Counted from the stretch's first letter, positions 19,149-29,803 are shown. The stretch is 64,000 nt of DNA from an uncultured Chlamydiae bacterium (GCA_963828125.1 CAWHDP010000002.1:1056001-1120000); one strand, 5' to 3'. Made by a program: numbers and translations. The notes: generated from the sequence alone by a model not told the origin.

Positions 19149-21005
19149 ATGCAAGATTCCTCAAAAGTTCAAATTTCCTCTTCTCTTATCGATCAGCTTT
19201 CTAACGAAAACTTCCAACTCCGTCAACAAATTGATACAATGACCAATGCCTTGGCTGCACAAAAAGAACTGATCCAGCAACTCAAAGATGAAATTGCTCG
19301 CCTCAAAGGACAGAAGCCAAAACCGGACATTCCCCCCAATAACCTGGAAGGGAAAAAGAACAAGCCCGATCTATATAAACGAATTAGCCTCATCGATGTC
19401 CACGAGATGCGCGTTTTGTTCATTTCACCCGCGCAATTCACAACGAGTTTTGATGTTTCATTGTCGTCTCGCGATTTTTTCATAATCACTTCACCTTTGT
19501 TGCAAGAACGAACAGTTGAACTTTCTCGATTAGCTAGACTGATGATCAAAAATATTAGGAGAATTGGAAAACCTGGGCAACCAAGAGGCAAGAAACGTAA
19601 AAAGAAAAAAACAGTACTAGAAATCCACACCAAATTGGAAATTCAGCCTGAAAATATTCCGGATGGCGCTAAATTCAAAGGTTATTGCCATTATACAGTG
19701 CAAGACATCCTCCTTAAACCACACAATATCCAATACAAATTGGCTCGATGGGAACTACCTGATGGCACTTACGTAACAGGGCAACTCCCTAAAGATATCC
19801 ATGGGCACTATGGCCCAGAATTGGTGACTTACATCCTTCACCAATACCATGCTTGCCGTGTTACAGAGCATCTTCTATTAGACCAGCTACGCGCTATCGG
19901 TATTTTGATTTCCGCAGGCCAACTGAACAATATTTTAATTGAGAACAAGAACCCTTTCATTGAAGAAGCTGCAGAGCTAATGCTTGCTGCCACAAGTGTA
20001 GAAAACCAGGTGCAAGTGGACGATACAGGCGGTCGGCATAATGGGCAAAATCAGTACACAACGGTCATAGGGAATCGTTGGTTCAGTATTTTTACAACGA
20101 CAGAAAGTAAGAGCCGGAAAAATTTTCTCCAATTGCTTCAAAATGGAAAAGAAGAATATGTGATCAATCAAGATACCCTGGAATATCTGTCACATGTGAA
20201 CGTTGCTGAGTATCTGCCTGGCTATGTCTCTCTGTCCTTAAATAGCAAATTTGCAACACTCGCAGAATGGGAGCAATTTTTAAGGGAACGTAATGTTACG
20301 AAGGAATCAGAAGTTCGTTTTCTCACAGAAGCAGCTTTGTATGCATCTGTGATACAAAATGGAATCTCACGCGAACTGGGTGTGCATAGTGATGATGCAG
20401 GGCAGTTTTATGTATTTCAACATTCGCTATGCTGGATTCATGAAGATAGGCACTATAGAAAGCTCCTCATGACAACTGACAAGTCTCGATCTGAATTGGA
20501 ACAAGTCAGAGAGCAAATATGGGATATCTATCAAGACCTTAAAACCTATAAAGAATCACCCTCTCAAGAAGTTGCAGAGAGCATAAGCAAAAAATTTGAT
20601 GCCATTTTTCAGCAGAAAACGTCCAGTCCTACCTTGAATCACCAACTGGAGAAAACTCGTGACAAAAAGCAAGAACTACTTATGGTTCTGCGGAGGCCGG
20701 AGACGCCTTTGCATAATAACAGTTCGGAAACATGTGCCCGTGCGGCAAAAATAAAGCTGAAAATTTCTGGGGGAACTCGTAGTGAAATGGGGCAGAAAGT
20801 TAGAGACACCTTTTTAAGTCTAAAACAGACATGCCGAAAACTCGAGATCAATTTTTTGTCCTTTTTACAGGACAGAGTACGTGGGAAATATGCGATTCCT
20901 CGTTTAGCAACCGTGATTTTTGACCGAGCGCTAGCGGCTGCTGCAGACCCACCCGCACGAAACTCAAATGAAGCTGTAGAACATTGTTTGCCTCTCGTTG
21001 GGTAA
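19149..21005 (+). CDS. IS66-family DDE transposase
   Basis: Coiled-coil N-terminus, VDDTG, SDDAGQF, LCWIHEDR, PLHNNSSE, GGTRS, QTCRKL. Confidence 0.88.
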   Translation: MQDSSKVQISSSLIDQLSNENFQLRQQIDTMTNALAAQKELIQQLKDEIARLKGQKPKPDIPPNNLEGKKNKPDLYKRISLIDVHEMRVLFISPAQFTTSFDVSLSSRDFFIITSPLLQERTVELSRLARLMIKNIRRIGKPGQPRGKKRKKKKTVLEIHTKLEIQPENIPDGAKFKGYCHYTVQDILLKPHNIQYKLARWELPDGTYVTGQLPKDIHGHYGPELVTYILHQYHACRVTEHLLLDQLRAIGILISAGQLNNILIENKNPFIEEAAELMLAATSVENQVQVDDTGGRHNGQNQYTTVIGNRWFSIFTTTESKSRKNFLQLLQNGKEEYVINQDTLEYLSHVNVAEYLPGYVSLSLNSKFATLAEWEQFLRERNVTKESEVRFLTEAALYASVIQNGISRELGVHSDDAGQFYVFQHSLCWIHEDRHYRKLLMTTDKSRSELEQVREQIWDIYQDLKTYKESPSQEVAESISKKFDAIFQQKTSSPTLNHQLEKTRDKKQELLMVLRRPETPLHNNSSETCARAAKIKLKISGGTRSEMGQKVRDTFLSLKQTCRKLEINFLSFLQDRVRGKYAIPRLATVIFDRALAAAADPPARNSNEAVEHCLPLVG

Positions 21006-21095
21006 TTCGCTGCCAGGAGAAATCACATTGCAAGATGCTTGCCTCCTGGGCTAGAATAATCCAGTTTTAGCAAGCTTTCAGAAGCGAATTAGAAA

Positions 21096-21572
21096 ATGTG
21101 TAAATGTAAAACAAGTTGTTCCACATATCGATGCGATTGTCTAAAAAACGGTCAAGGATGTACTGAGAAATGTCGTTGTGTTAATTGCCATAACCCTCTG
21201 AATGGACAAGACACGGAACATCTGGCATTGTGTGCTATACAAAATATTCGTATCGTCAAAGACCTTAAAGATAAAGAATTATCCAAAGAAATACTACTGC
21301 CGTGTGAATGCGAAAGCGTTCCCTTGAAATCCTTGCTGGGAGAATATGACTGTTCTAAATGCCAAGAAACTTATTGGTTTTCTTTTTGCTGGAACGATGT
21401 AGCTGCAGACAATTGTAGTTGGCATTGTGAGATTTGCAAAACATGTAGAGATTGGAGAGAGTGGCATTGTGACAAATGCAATAGGTGTACTTATGGTGTG
21501 TCACTTCCTTGTGAACATTGCGGCAAAAGGGTCCATATGCAGATTGGTAACCGAGTCCCATTTCTGGAGTGA
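21096..21572 (+). CDS. Cys-rich putative multi-Zn-binding passenger protein (CXC-like N-terminus)
   Basis: CKCKTSC...CDC...C...CRCVNCHN and repeated (H)CxxCxxC units; TGA stop overlaps the right TIR. Confidence 0.7.
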   Translation: MCKCKTSCSTYRCDCLKNGQGCTEKCRCVNCHNPLNGQDTEHLALCAIQNIRIVKDLKDKELSKEILLPCECESVPLKSLLGEYDCSKCQETYWFSFCWNDVAADNCSWHCEICKTCRDWREWHCDKCNRCTYGVSLPCEHCGKRVHMQIGNRVPFLE

Positions 21573-21583
21573 TTACCTCAATT

Positions 21584-22369
21584 TTATGAGCACTTGCAAT
21601 CGTTAATACTCCCGATTGGCCAGGTAAATTCATTAGCCATAGGATAAATGCCTAAAGGAATGAGGTAACAATAGATATCTTGCATGTTGGATGGCAATTT
21701 TACACTCATAGGAACGGGGAACAGCTCGGCGGGGTGCCTAAATTGCAACTCTCCTTCTACAGCGTTATCGCCATTGTTTCTGATTTGGACAACCAAGTAG
21801 GCTTTCTGCCCCATCAACTCTCCAATGCTCAGCTGAGTAAGATGCTGAAAAGAATTCGAAAATAAAAGAGACGCCTGACTTTCCGCTAAAATGAAAGATC
21901 TCATAAAAATGTTATTGGCATAATCCTCATCTTCTCTCTTTATTTTCTTATAAGAAAAAGTCATGATCTGACAGCCTGCATCACAATTTATTTGAGAAGG
22001 ATTGGGGATTTCGTACCCTTTGAAAATGATCTCGTTGCCTGGAGGAGTTGTGGAAATACTAATCTCCGAACATTGAAGAGCATCCACATTTTTGCAAATA
22101 ATATTTACGACAGGAAGATTCCACTGCTCTTGAATTTTCCGCTCAAAACGGGCTAAAAATTCAGGATGCTTGAACAGAAATTCAATTTCATCTGCATCTA
22201 AAAGAATGGTGACTGTTTGATCCTCATCATTGCGCTGCACGCTATCCGTGTCCACATGAATGATCGATCCAGGAGCCAGTTCAATCGGAATTTCAAAGGC
22301 GCAAAGAGGTAAAATCTCTACGATTAGAAATGATAGGGTAAGAAAAAAACTTCGACGGCATGACAACAT
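21584..22369 (-). pseudogene. Paralog of the 37055-37912 exported protein, 3'-truncated by IS66
   Basis: Near-identical up to ...SINDC, then reads into the IS end. Confidence 0.85.
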
Positions 22370-22381
22370 TTATCTACTCCT

Positions 22382-24398
22382 TTATTTCGGTGCTACGGGA
22401 CGCTCAAACTCGTCATAGACGATTTCTCTAATCGAGCCGTTTGGCAACGTGATTTTAGTCAATCCGCCAAAAGCGCTGTATTCATAAAAGCTTATCCCTC
22501 CCAAAGCATCTACAACCTGTATCAAATGATCTTTGTCATCATAATCAAAAACAGAGGTTAGCCCTAGAGGGTCAATTTTCGACAATACGTTCCCGTTGTC
22601 GTCATATGAATACACCGTTTCACCAAAAGGAGAAGAGATTTTTGTCACTCGATCTCGTTCATCATAAGAATACCGTATGGTTTTGCCCGATTCAGAAACT
22701 TCAATAAGACGCGCGCGATCATCGTAGGCTCTTTTCGAAATGAATCCGTTGGGATAGCAAATTTCTAGAGGAAGTCCCCTTTCATCCAACTGGAAATTTT
22801 TCCTGCCGCCGCCAGGGAAATCAACAGAAAGAAGACTTCCCGTTTGAGAATCGTACTGAAAAGAGGTTGCAAATCTCTCATCTCCTTTCTTAGTTACTTT
22901 TCCATTTTCTATACTCAAAAAATTAAGACGAAATGGTTTATACATCTTTATCAATCTTCCGTATGTATCATATCGATATGCCGTAGTTATTCCGAGCCCA
23001 TCGGTTTCTTCAAGAAGATTGCCTGACTCGTCAAATTCAAATTTCCTTTCCCCTCGATAGGCATCGCTTATTTTTATGGGTCGGCCTAAGACGTCGTATT
23101 TGTAGGAAACTTCCAGCCCATTGTTATCAATAAGAATTTCCAGCATTGCTTGGCTGATCCATGGAGCCAAAAGGAGTGTAGGCATAGCGCTCTATTTCCT
23201 GCTGGTTTTTATCGACTAACAGCGAAACATTTTTTCCTGGCTGGTCATATAGATAGAATTGAGTGCCGGAAATCCCAGTCCCAAGAACCCGTGAATATCC
23301 ATACACATACCGTTTGTTGGTCTTCCCTTGGCTGTTTTTCTCTAGTAGAACCCTGCTAAGGGGAGCCGTTGGATCGTTAATAAAGAACGTTTTTTCCCCA
23401 TTGACACTTTTAGAAACTCGCCGTCCTTCTCCATCGTAGCCAAAAATGACTTTGTCATTTCCATTATCAAATGAAACTAATCGTCCTGCTGGGTCATATA
23501 CGAAGCTGATACTTTTTCCTGAGGACGTCTTTTTGACTAGATTTCCCGAAGCATCATAGTAAAAACGAGTCGTCCCCGCCCTTATTAATCGATTGCGATT
23601 ATCATATTCATAGTCCACAGTCCCTTTTGACGTAATCTTAGCCAAACGATTGCCAGCGCCGTCATAGGTATACTTTTCAAAGGAATGGTCAGAGCAGAGA
23701 ACCTCGACAAGTCTCTTTAATTTGTCATAAGAATAGATCGTGATTTTAGTCCCTGAGAGAGTACGTTCCTTGACTGATGTGCAATTGTTATTGCTGTCAT
23801 AGGCAAATTGATATTCAACAAGAAGTTCCCCATCTGATTTCTTGTGAGACACAGCTGTGATTCTGGGAAAGGAATCATAGCTGTATTCCGTAATAATCCC
23901 GTTAGGCAGCCGTTCCTTTACAACGAGATTTGTTTGATCGTCATATTCGTAAACAGTATTCCCAGCCTGATCAAAAACTCCAGTTAATCGACCTCGATGA
24001 TCATATTCGTACCTGACCTCTTCCCGATCAGGATAGGTAATTTTTACGATTCTATCCGCTAAATCGTAATCATAAACGATAGCACTATCTTCTGAAAATT
24101 GCGCTTTCACCAAACGGTTCGAGGAATCATAAGAATAAGAAGTAGCTTCAGAGCCTTTAGCTACTTTTGTAAGATTGCTGTTGTAATCATAGGTGTACTT
24201 AATGCTTTCGCCATTCGGATAGCGAGTTTCAGCAAGTCTGTTTATTGGATCATATGAATAAGTAATGTCTCCTGCATGAGGAGGAGTGCATTTGGAAATA
24301 TTTCCATTCGCATCATAGGCTATCGATTTTTCTGGATAATCTACTGAGAAGCAAAAATTAGAAAAGAGAAGATAAAAGCAAACAAAAAACTTTTTCAT
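22382..24398 (-). pseudogene. Internally deleted, frameshifted copy of the permuted RHS gene
   Basis: 23127-24398 matches the N-terminal YD block and 22382-23130 the C-terminal YD block of 37925-42532; about 2.59 kb of the middle is missing. Confidence 0.88.
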
Positions 24399-24402
24399 CG
24401 CA

Positions 24403-24861
24403 CTACATCGTATACAAACTCTTCCATTCACAATTAACAGCAGGAATCTCATCGTTATTAGGGATAATTCCACCGTACATATGCAGGACAGAATCATAGA
24501 AAGATTTCATATACCCTGGCATCATCATTATTTCGATTGATATGGGATCTCCTCGATTCGAAAGCTTACAGTTTAAAGTGCCAAAAGATCTGTATTCGCC
24601 AAAATTTTTACAACGAACTAAAAGAAAAATCTCTCGACCATGAAGCTCTTTATTCGATTTTTGATTAATTTCTACATTCTCTTCGCTAAACAGTTTTGCT
24701 AGTTGATCTTTTGTAACCAAATAAGCTTTTACTTCGATATTCTTTGCGTATTTTTTATCGGAAAGATAGGCGCGAGAAACAAGATTCAAATCATCAGCTT
24801 TTGCAGAACAAAAGCAACAAGAACAGAACAGACATAAAAAACTCTTCCAAAAACGTGACAT
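24403..24861 (-). CDS. Small exported protein of the RHS-operon family (copy C)
   Basis: Signal peptide MSRFWKSFLCLFCSCCFCSAKA; paralog of the 42541 and 43096 genes; GAGGGG RBS. Confidence 0.8.
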   Translation of the reverse strand: MSRFWKSFLCLFCSCCFCSAKADDLNLVSRAYLSDKKYAKNIEVKAYLVTKDQLAKLFSEENVEINQKSNKELHGREIFLLVRCKNFGEYRSFGTLNCKLSNRGDPISIEIMMMPGYMKSFYDSVLHMYGGIIPNNDEIPAVNCEWKSLYTM

Positions 24862-25111
24862 ACACCCCTCTCTTGTCATACGCCAGCAAGGGCGTACTAT
24901 TTTCAAAACGACCTAGCAACCGCAGAGAAATTTCTTACGATCTAAGAGAGAGGATGATACCGAAATAATCTTTCTTGATGAAGACAATTATAGCGCAAAT
25001 GTTCGCAGAGGTTCTCAGAAATGCCGCCACATTCCAATTCAATTTTAGGTGCAAATGGACTCAAAATGGCAAAAACTCTAAAAACAGCTAGGAAAAAACA
25101 TGCCGCTTCTC

Positions 25112-26056
25112 TCATTCATGCCAATACTCCCGGCTGAAAGGATTAAATATAAAATTTCTCCCTTCAGTCAAGCATTTGAACATTTCTCTATCACTCTGAG
25201 TTGCACCCTTATAGATTACATAAGGCGGCGGCATGATCGATGAGAAATCATTCTCCTCTTCTTCTCTACCCACCATCTCCATTCTCACATTTTCTTTTGT
25301 TCCAGGGTACTTTAGGAAGACGGTGTCAGCCGTTTTCATAGTGGTATGATCTGAGGTCATTCCCATCATGAAAAATCCATTTAAGGTGGTGTCGCCATGA
25401 ATACATTCTTCCTCGATAATTAACGTATGACCGTACGGGATTTGAACTCCGATCAATTCGAGTTCATCAGTCCCTTCGCCGAGTCTAGCAAGAGCAACAA
25501 AACCTCCGGAATAGGGGGTAAGAGGGGTAATCGTCTGAGAAAAACAATGTTTCTCTAAAAAAAGACCACTTCCACTTTGAATTTGCCAATCAGCATACAT
25601 AGGTTCGTACAAATAGGTAACGAGCCGATATTCATCTTTTGAAGGGAGCTTTTTATTTGTAATCTGAAAAGGGACGTTGTTATCGACAAGCCGAGCCTTA
25701 AAGGAGCTTAGATCTACTCCTCGCGGATCGAAATACGCCAGCCTAATGAGATTTCTATCGATTTCCAGCAAACCTGGATTCAGAAAAAGGGATTGTCGCA
25801 GGTGTTTTTGAGTGACATTATATTCCCATTTTTTTTCTTCGATTGAATCATCTTCCACACCACCAATCCAATGAGCTTTGACAACCGTTACCATACTACT
25901 ATCAAATTCTTTGAGATTTAAATCCTGCAATCCACTTTCATCCTCTATAAGTCTCCTATGAAATACCGGAGGAAAATCGTTACAGATGGTGTATAAATCC
26001 CACATTCCGCACCCTGCTCCGCAGGGTGCGGAATGTGGGGAAGATAATATTCGCAT
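25112..26056 (-). CDS. Hypothetical protein with ureidoglycolate-lyase-like cupin motifs
   Basis: FLEKHCFSQTITPL and IPYGHTLIIEEECIHGD; start uncertain. Confidence 0.5.
   Translation of the reverse strand: MRILSSPHSAPCGAGCGMWDLYTICNDFPPVFHRRLIEDESGLQDLNLKEFDSSMVTVVKAHWIGGVEDDSIEEKKWEYNVTQKHLRQSLFLNPGLLEIDRNLIRLAYFDPRGVDLSSFKARLVDNNVPFQITNKKLPSKDEYRLVTYLYEPMYADWQIQSGSGLFLEKHCFSQTITPLTPYSGGFVALARLGEGTDELELIGVQIPYGHTLIIEEECIHGDTTLNGFFMMGMTSDHTTMKTADTVFLKYPGTKENVRMEMVGREEEENDFSSIMPPPYVIYKGATQSDREMFKCLTEGRNFIFNPFSREYWHE
25999..26039. repeat. Perfect 19-bp hairpin (REP-like)
   Basis: CCCACATTCCGCACCCTGC-TCC-GCAGGGTGCGGAATGTGGG. Confidence 0.85.
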
Positions 26057-26374
26057 CGGAAATTTGGTCTAAAATATCGGCTCTTGGGACGGCCTCCAGA
26101 GCGTTCCGCGACCCACATATTAAAAACATCGATATTTATATGAATTGGCTTATCGCTTTGGGAAAAATTTTGAACCCCCAAGGGGATCACATATGGAAAG
26201 TGTAAAGACTTTTTGATGAAAAGCCCCTGACTATCCACCACCCTCACCAGTGGATACTGCCATTGTATCATCGCAAGCTGTCACAACAGAAAAATTGGAC
26301 AGGGGTTGGACAAAACCAAACTTATGAAAAATGATCATGGATTTAGTTTTTATTTAACTTACTGATTATTAACA

Positions 26375-26428
26375 TGCTCGGAGTGGGACTCGAACCCCCA
26401 CGGCATTGCTGCCAGGGGATTTTAAGTC
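26375..26428 (-). pseudogene. Displaced 3' half of tRNA-Leu(TAA) (att site)
   Basis: 54-bp homolog of 45156-45209; similarity stops just past the anticodon loop. Confidence 0.92.
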
Positions 26429-26649
26429 AGACCCAATCCAACCATCCTCAACCCATCTTAACCACTATCAAACTAATAATCAATAGGTTGATGGCCACTT
26501 CAGGTGATTAGATATTATTTTAGATTGGCAGCTTTTGAGTCTTGCTGTCCCACCTGTGTCCCCTACCTTATAAAAACGACCTTATAGAAATCGATAGCCC
26601 ATTTATTACCGAACAGGTATAATCAAGACAAAGAGTTTAGGACTGGTCT

Positions 26650-27009
26650 GTGAAGAAGTTAGTTTGGGTGGGGTCGAGCTACAAGGCTCTTAAAGAATTT
26701 CCTCCGCCTGTTCGTCAGGCTATAGGGTACGCCCTATTCTTCGCTCAGAACGGAAAAATCCATGAGCACGCGAAGGTACTCAGTGGTATGGGCAGCGCAG
26801 GCATCCAAGAGGTCCGCGAAAACGATAAGAGCGGAACCTATAGGGTGATTTATACCGTGGAAACGGCCGAATATGTATTTGTGTTGCATGCCTTTCAAAA
26901 GAAATCTAAATCCGGTATTGCTACACCAAAGCAAGAAATGGAGCTATTAAAAAGCCGCCTGAAAGAAGCCAAGGCTCTCTATAAGAGAATGATTGAGGAA
27001 ACCAAATGA
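26650..27009 (+). CDS. RelE/ParE-superfamily (Gp49-like) toxin
   Basis: GTYRVIYTV...VLHAFQKKSKSGIATPK. Confidence 0.88.
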   Translation: MKKLVWVGSSYKALKEFPPPVRQAIGYALFFAQNGKIHEHAKVLSGMGSAGIQEVRENDKSGTYRVIYTVETAEYVFVLHAFQKKSKSGIATPKQEMELLKSRLKEAKALYKRMIEETK

Positions 27010-27392
27010 AAACAAAAAAATTAAGAAAAAAACGTTTAGGAAATATCGAATATATTGAAAGTTCCGGGAATGTTTTTGCTGACCTTGGAATCCCCAATCC
27101 TGAAGAAGCGCTAGCTAAAGCCGAAATCGCCATGAAAATCCATGACGTTATCAAGAAAAAGAAACTCACTCAGGCAAAGGCCGCGAAAATCCTCAAAATT
27201 AGCCAACCCAAGATTTCTTTGCTTCTTCGTGGTTATTTGACTGACTTTTCTCTAGAACGGATGCTCCGTTTTTTAAATGATCTCGGTCAGGATGTCTATA
27301 TCTCAATCGTGCCTTCTTCACATTCGGGACACGGCAGCACTATGATTGGCGATTCCCCTTCCAATGCTAGGATTGCAGCCCTTGGCAAATAA
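27006..27392 (+). CDS. XRE/HigA-like antitoxin
   Basis: SSGNVFADLG, LTQAKAAKILKISQPKISLL, FSLERMLRFL. Confidence 0.88.
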   Translation: MKTKKLRKKRLGNIEYIESSGNVFADLGIPNPEEALAKAEIAMKIHDVIKKKKLTQAKAAKILKISQPKISLLLRGYLTDFSLERMLRFLNDLGQDVYISIVPSSHSGHGSTMIGDSPSNARIAALGK

Positions 27393-27449
27393 AAATATAC
27401 TCCTTGAATTCCAAAAAACTCAGCTTACCAAAGGTCCAAAAGGTTCAAA

Positions 27450-27716
27450 TTAACGGAGAGGTGCTTGGAATTAAAGATGTCGTTACTTTTCAAGGCACGA
27501 CTGTCGATGAGATTGAGAAGGTTTTTAAGGACTCAATTGATGATTATCTGGCTTTTTGTGCCGAGAGAGGAGAAGAGCCAGATAGACCCTTCTCCGAAAA
27601 AGTTCAATCTACGTATACCACCTGAATTGCATGCCAAACTGTCTATAGCAGCACACCTCCATGGAGAGAGCCTTAACAATTATATCGCGAAGATGTTGCT
27701 GAGGTTAGTAGCTTAA
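27450..27716 (+). pseudogene. hicB: HicB antitoxin, 5'-truncated and frameshifted
   Basis: GEVLGIKDVVTFQG...DDYLAFC...PDRPFS, then KFNLRIPPELHAKL in another frame (shift near 27597). Confidence 0.85.
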
Positions 27717-27731
27717 TCGATTGCCGCTCGA

Positions 27732-28304
27732 TTATCCGCGTTCCGGCACAAGCTGATTGTTCTGATTACAAATTTGTTTAATAATTCTTCCTAAATGTTG
27801 CTTAGAAGGAATTAAATAACTTTTGGCTGTCGTTGCTGGGTCGCTCAATAAGATGTTGTATAGTATGGGATCCTTCGTAATAATCGCTGTTAATCCACCT
27901 TTGACCATAGCATCATGTAACCAATCACCTTCAGCTTCCACATAAGCAATGGAGGGCTTTTCTCTGCCACAAAACCACCCAATTTCCCATGCACAATTTC
28001 GGCCATATGGAGGTAAGACTAATAATATGTCAGATTGATTCATTCCCTTGAAATCCGCTCGATAGATAGCATAATCCATCTCACTTGCTGAAACACCATC
28101 TAAATGTACGTCTTGTGGTCGAAAGAGAGTGAACCCTACACCTAATTCTTCTGATATTATGTCGTTCCATTGCTTTGCTGACTGAGTTAACCGAGAGCAC
28201 AAATAAATGTGTAACGTTTCTTCTTGGCATGACAACTCTAGCGAATACATAGAAACCCAAAGAAATAATAAGTTAGCGAGAATTCTTTTCATAAAGAGAC
28301 TCAC
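27732..28304 (-). CDS. Nucleoside 2-deoxyribosyltransferase-like protein with hydrophobic N-terminus
   Basis: IYLCS, LFRPQD, IYRADFKGMNQSD, CAWEIGW...KP. Confidence 0.65.
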   Translation of the reverse strand: MSLFMKRILANLLFLWVSMYSLELSCQEETLHIYLCSRLTQSAKQWNDIISEELGVGFTLFRPQDVHLDGVSASEMDYAIYRADFKGMNQSDILLVLPPYGRNCAWEIGWFCGREKPSIAYVEAEGDWLHDAMVKGGLTAIITKDPILYNILLSDPATTAKSYLIPSKQHLGRIIKQICNQNNQLVPERG

Positions 28305-28421
28305 AATACTGAAATCCGGAGAGTGATGTTAGCATATTAGGGTGTCGGATTGCCAGAATAATTTACAGATCAAACCCAATTGTCTTTTCGTTTATCTCGG
28401 TATCAATCGCAATAGGCAATG

Positions 28422-28661
28422 CTAATGAATGACCCAACCGCATAGCCTGAAGCCTTTGAAGCTCAGATCCCAACCAAGAATGTGTGGCAATGGACCATAG
28501 AAGTCCTTATAGCGTCCCTGGCGTACTTTTGCATCAAATGGGCTTACACCAGCACTACGCACTCGTACTAAGACCTCGTCTGCATTGATCGTTGGGGTAT
28601 CGGTATCCTCGTATCGAAGAACTTCAGGTCCCCCATAAGCGTGAAAACGGATCACTTTCAT
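28422..28661 (-). pseudogene. Truncated NADPH:quinone oxidoreductase (MDR family)
   Basis: MKVIRFHAYGGPEVL...EVLVRVRSAGV...LPHILGWD, then ends. Confidence 0.85.
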
Positions 28662-28966
28662 TCTTTTTTCTCTCTCTGCTGTGTCGATAATAGTGGATCA
28701 TGAAGGCCTGGGACAAATTCTATGATCTGGTATTCACTCACCTTTGCTTGAGTGAATGGGTCATCTCTTAAAAATTGCTCAAATTTATCTCGAGAAATAT
28801 TTTTGGCAATGATCACGCCTCCTGTACGGGGTTGCAATTTCCCAGAAATAAGCAACTTCCCTTCTTCGAGAAATTTCAGTAGATGTTCGCGGTGTTTCTG
28901 TAGCAGCGCATCTATTTCAGCAATAGGTCTTACGTATTTTAGTATTGCGATGAACATATTTTGCAT
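28658..28966 (-). CDS. YciI-family protein
   Basis: KHREHL, LLISG, PRTGGVIIA, DDPF. Confidence 0.85.
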   Translation of the reverse strand: MQNMFIAILKYVRPIAEIDALLQKHREHLLKFLEEGKLLISGKLQPRTGGVIIAKNISRDKFEQFLRDDPFTQAKVSEYQIIEFVPGLHDPLLSTQQREKKE

Positions 28967-29002
28967 AGGCTATTTGTGATTATCTCCTTGGGTCAATCAT
29001 AA

Positions 29003-29803
29003 TCAAGTCTTGAAAAGATCTTGGTGAGATCCTCCGCTCTTATAGATGTGATGTACTGAAGCTTGTGCTGTAGGAAAAATAACCATCTCTGAAATATCCA
29101 CATGCAGAGGCCTGGTAGCGCAGTAAACAATAGCGTCGGCAATGTCTTCTGCAGCTAAAGGGGTAAATCCAGCATACATTTCCTTAGCGCGTGCGCTATC
29201 CTGCCAACGGACCTCGCTGAACTCTGTTTCGGTCATTCCTGGAGCAATATCGGTAACACGCAAAGATGTACCTATTAGGTCGAGACGCAGGGATTTGCTG
29301 ATGGCCTTCACTGCATGTTTGGTAGCACAATAGACATTCCCTCTCGGATAGTAGTCATACCCCGCTGTGGAGCTTACATTGATGATGTGGCCGCGGTCAC
29401 GAGCTATCATCCCAGGCAAGATAGCGTGGGTTACATACAGAAGACCACACAGGTTGATCTGAATCATTTTGTCCCAATTCTCGGGGTCAGCGTCCTGGAA
29501 TTTGTCACTTGTTAAGGCCACGCCAGCATTATTTAGCAAAATGTCGATGGGTTGCCATGATTCGGTGAGTTCTTTGATAAGAGTGTCAATCTGCTTTCGG
29601 TCCTGAACATCAAGAGAAAGAGGCAGCACATCCACATGATAACGCTCATGCAATGCGCGTGCTAGCGTTTCCAAACGCTCCTTCCTCCGTGCAGTAATAA
29701 TGAGACGGGCACCTGCTGCGGCAAACTGTTCCGCGGAAGCCTTCCCCATTCCACTTGAGGCTCCCGTAATGAAGACGATCTTATTCTTTAACGACATAGC
29801 CAT
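29003..29803 (-). CDS. SDR oxidoreductase (YdfG-like)
   Basis: TGASSGMG, NNAG, YCATK, PGMTETEFSEVR. Confidence 0.9.
   Translation of the reverse strand: MAMSLKNKIVFITGASSGMGKASAEQFAAAGARLIITARRKERLETLARALHERYHVDVLPLSLDVQDRKQIDTLIKELTESWQPIDILLNNAGVALTSDKFQDADPENWDKMIQINLCGLLYVTHAILPGMIARDRGHIINVSSTAGYDYYPRGNVYCATKHAVKAISKSLRLDLIGTSLRVTDIAPGMTETEFSEVRWQDSARAKEMYAGFTPLAAEDIADAIVYCATRPLHVDISEMVIFPTAQASVHHIYKSGGSHQDLFKT

Larger units (their letters stand above)
18983..21597 (+). mobile_element. IS66-family element (single-ORF type) with passenger gene
   Basis: 27-bp TIRs GCAA(C/G)TGCTCATAAAA(C/T)TGAGGTAATC at 18983-19009 and 21571-21597; no flanking TSD. Confidence 0.85.

Noticed and set aside
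26296..26313. TTGGACA direct repeat next to the 26375 att
   Set aside because: Possibly arm sites of a third island, but short, opposite in orientation and with no clear partner
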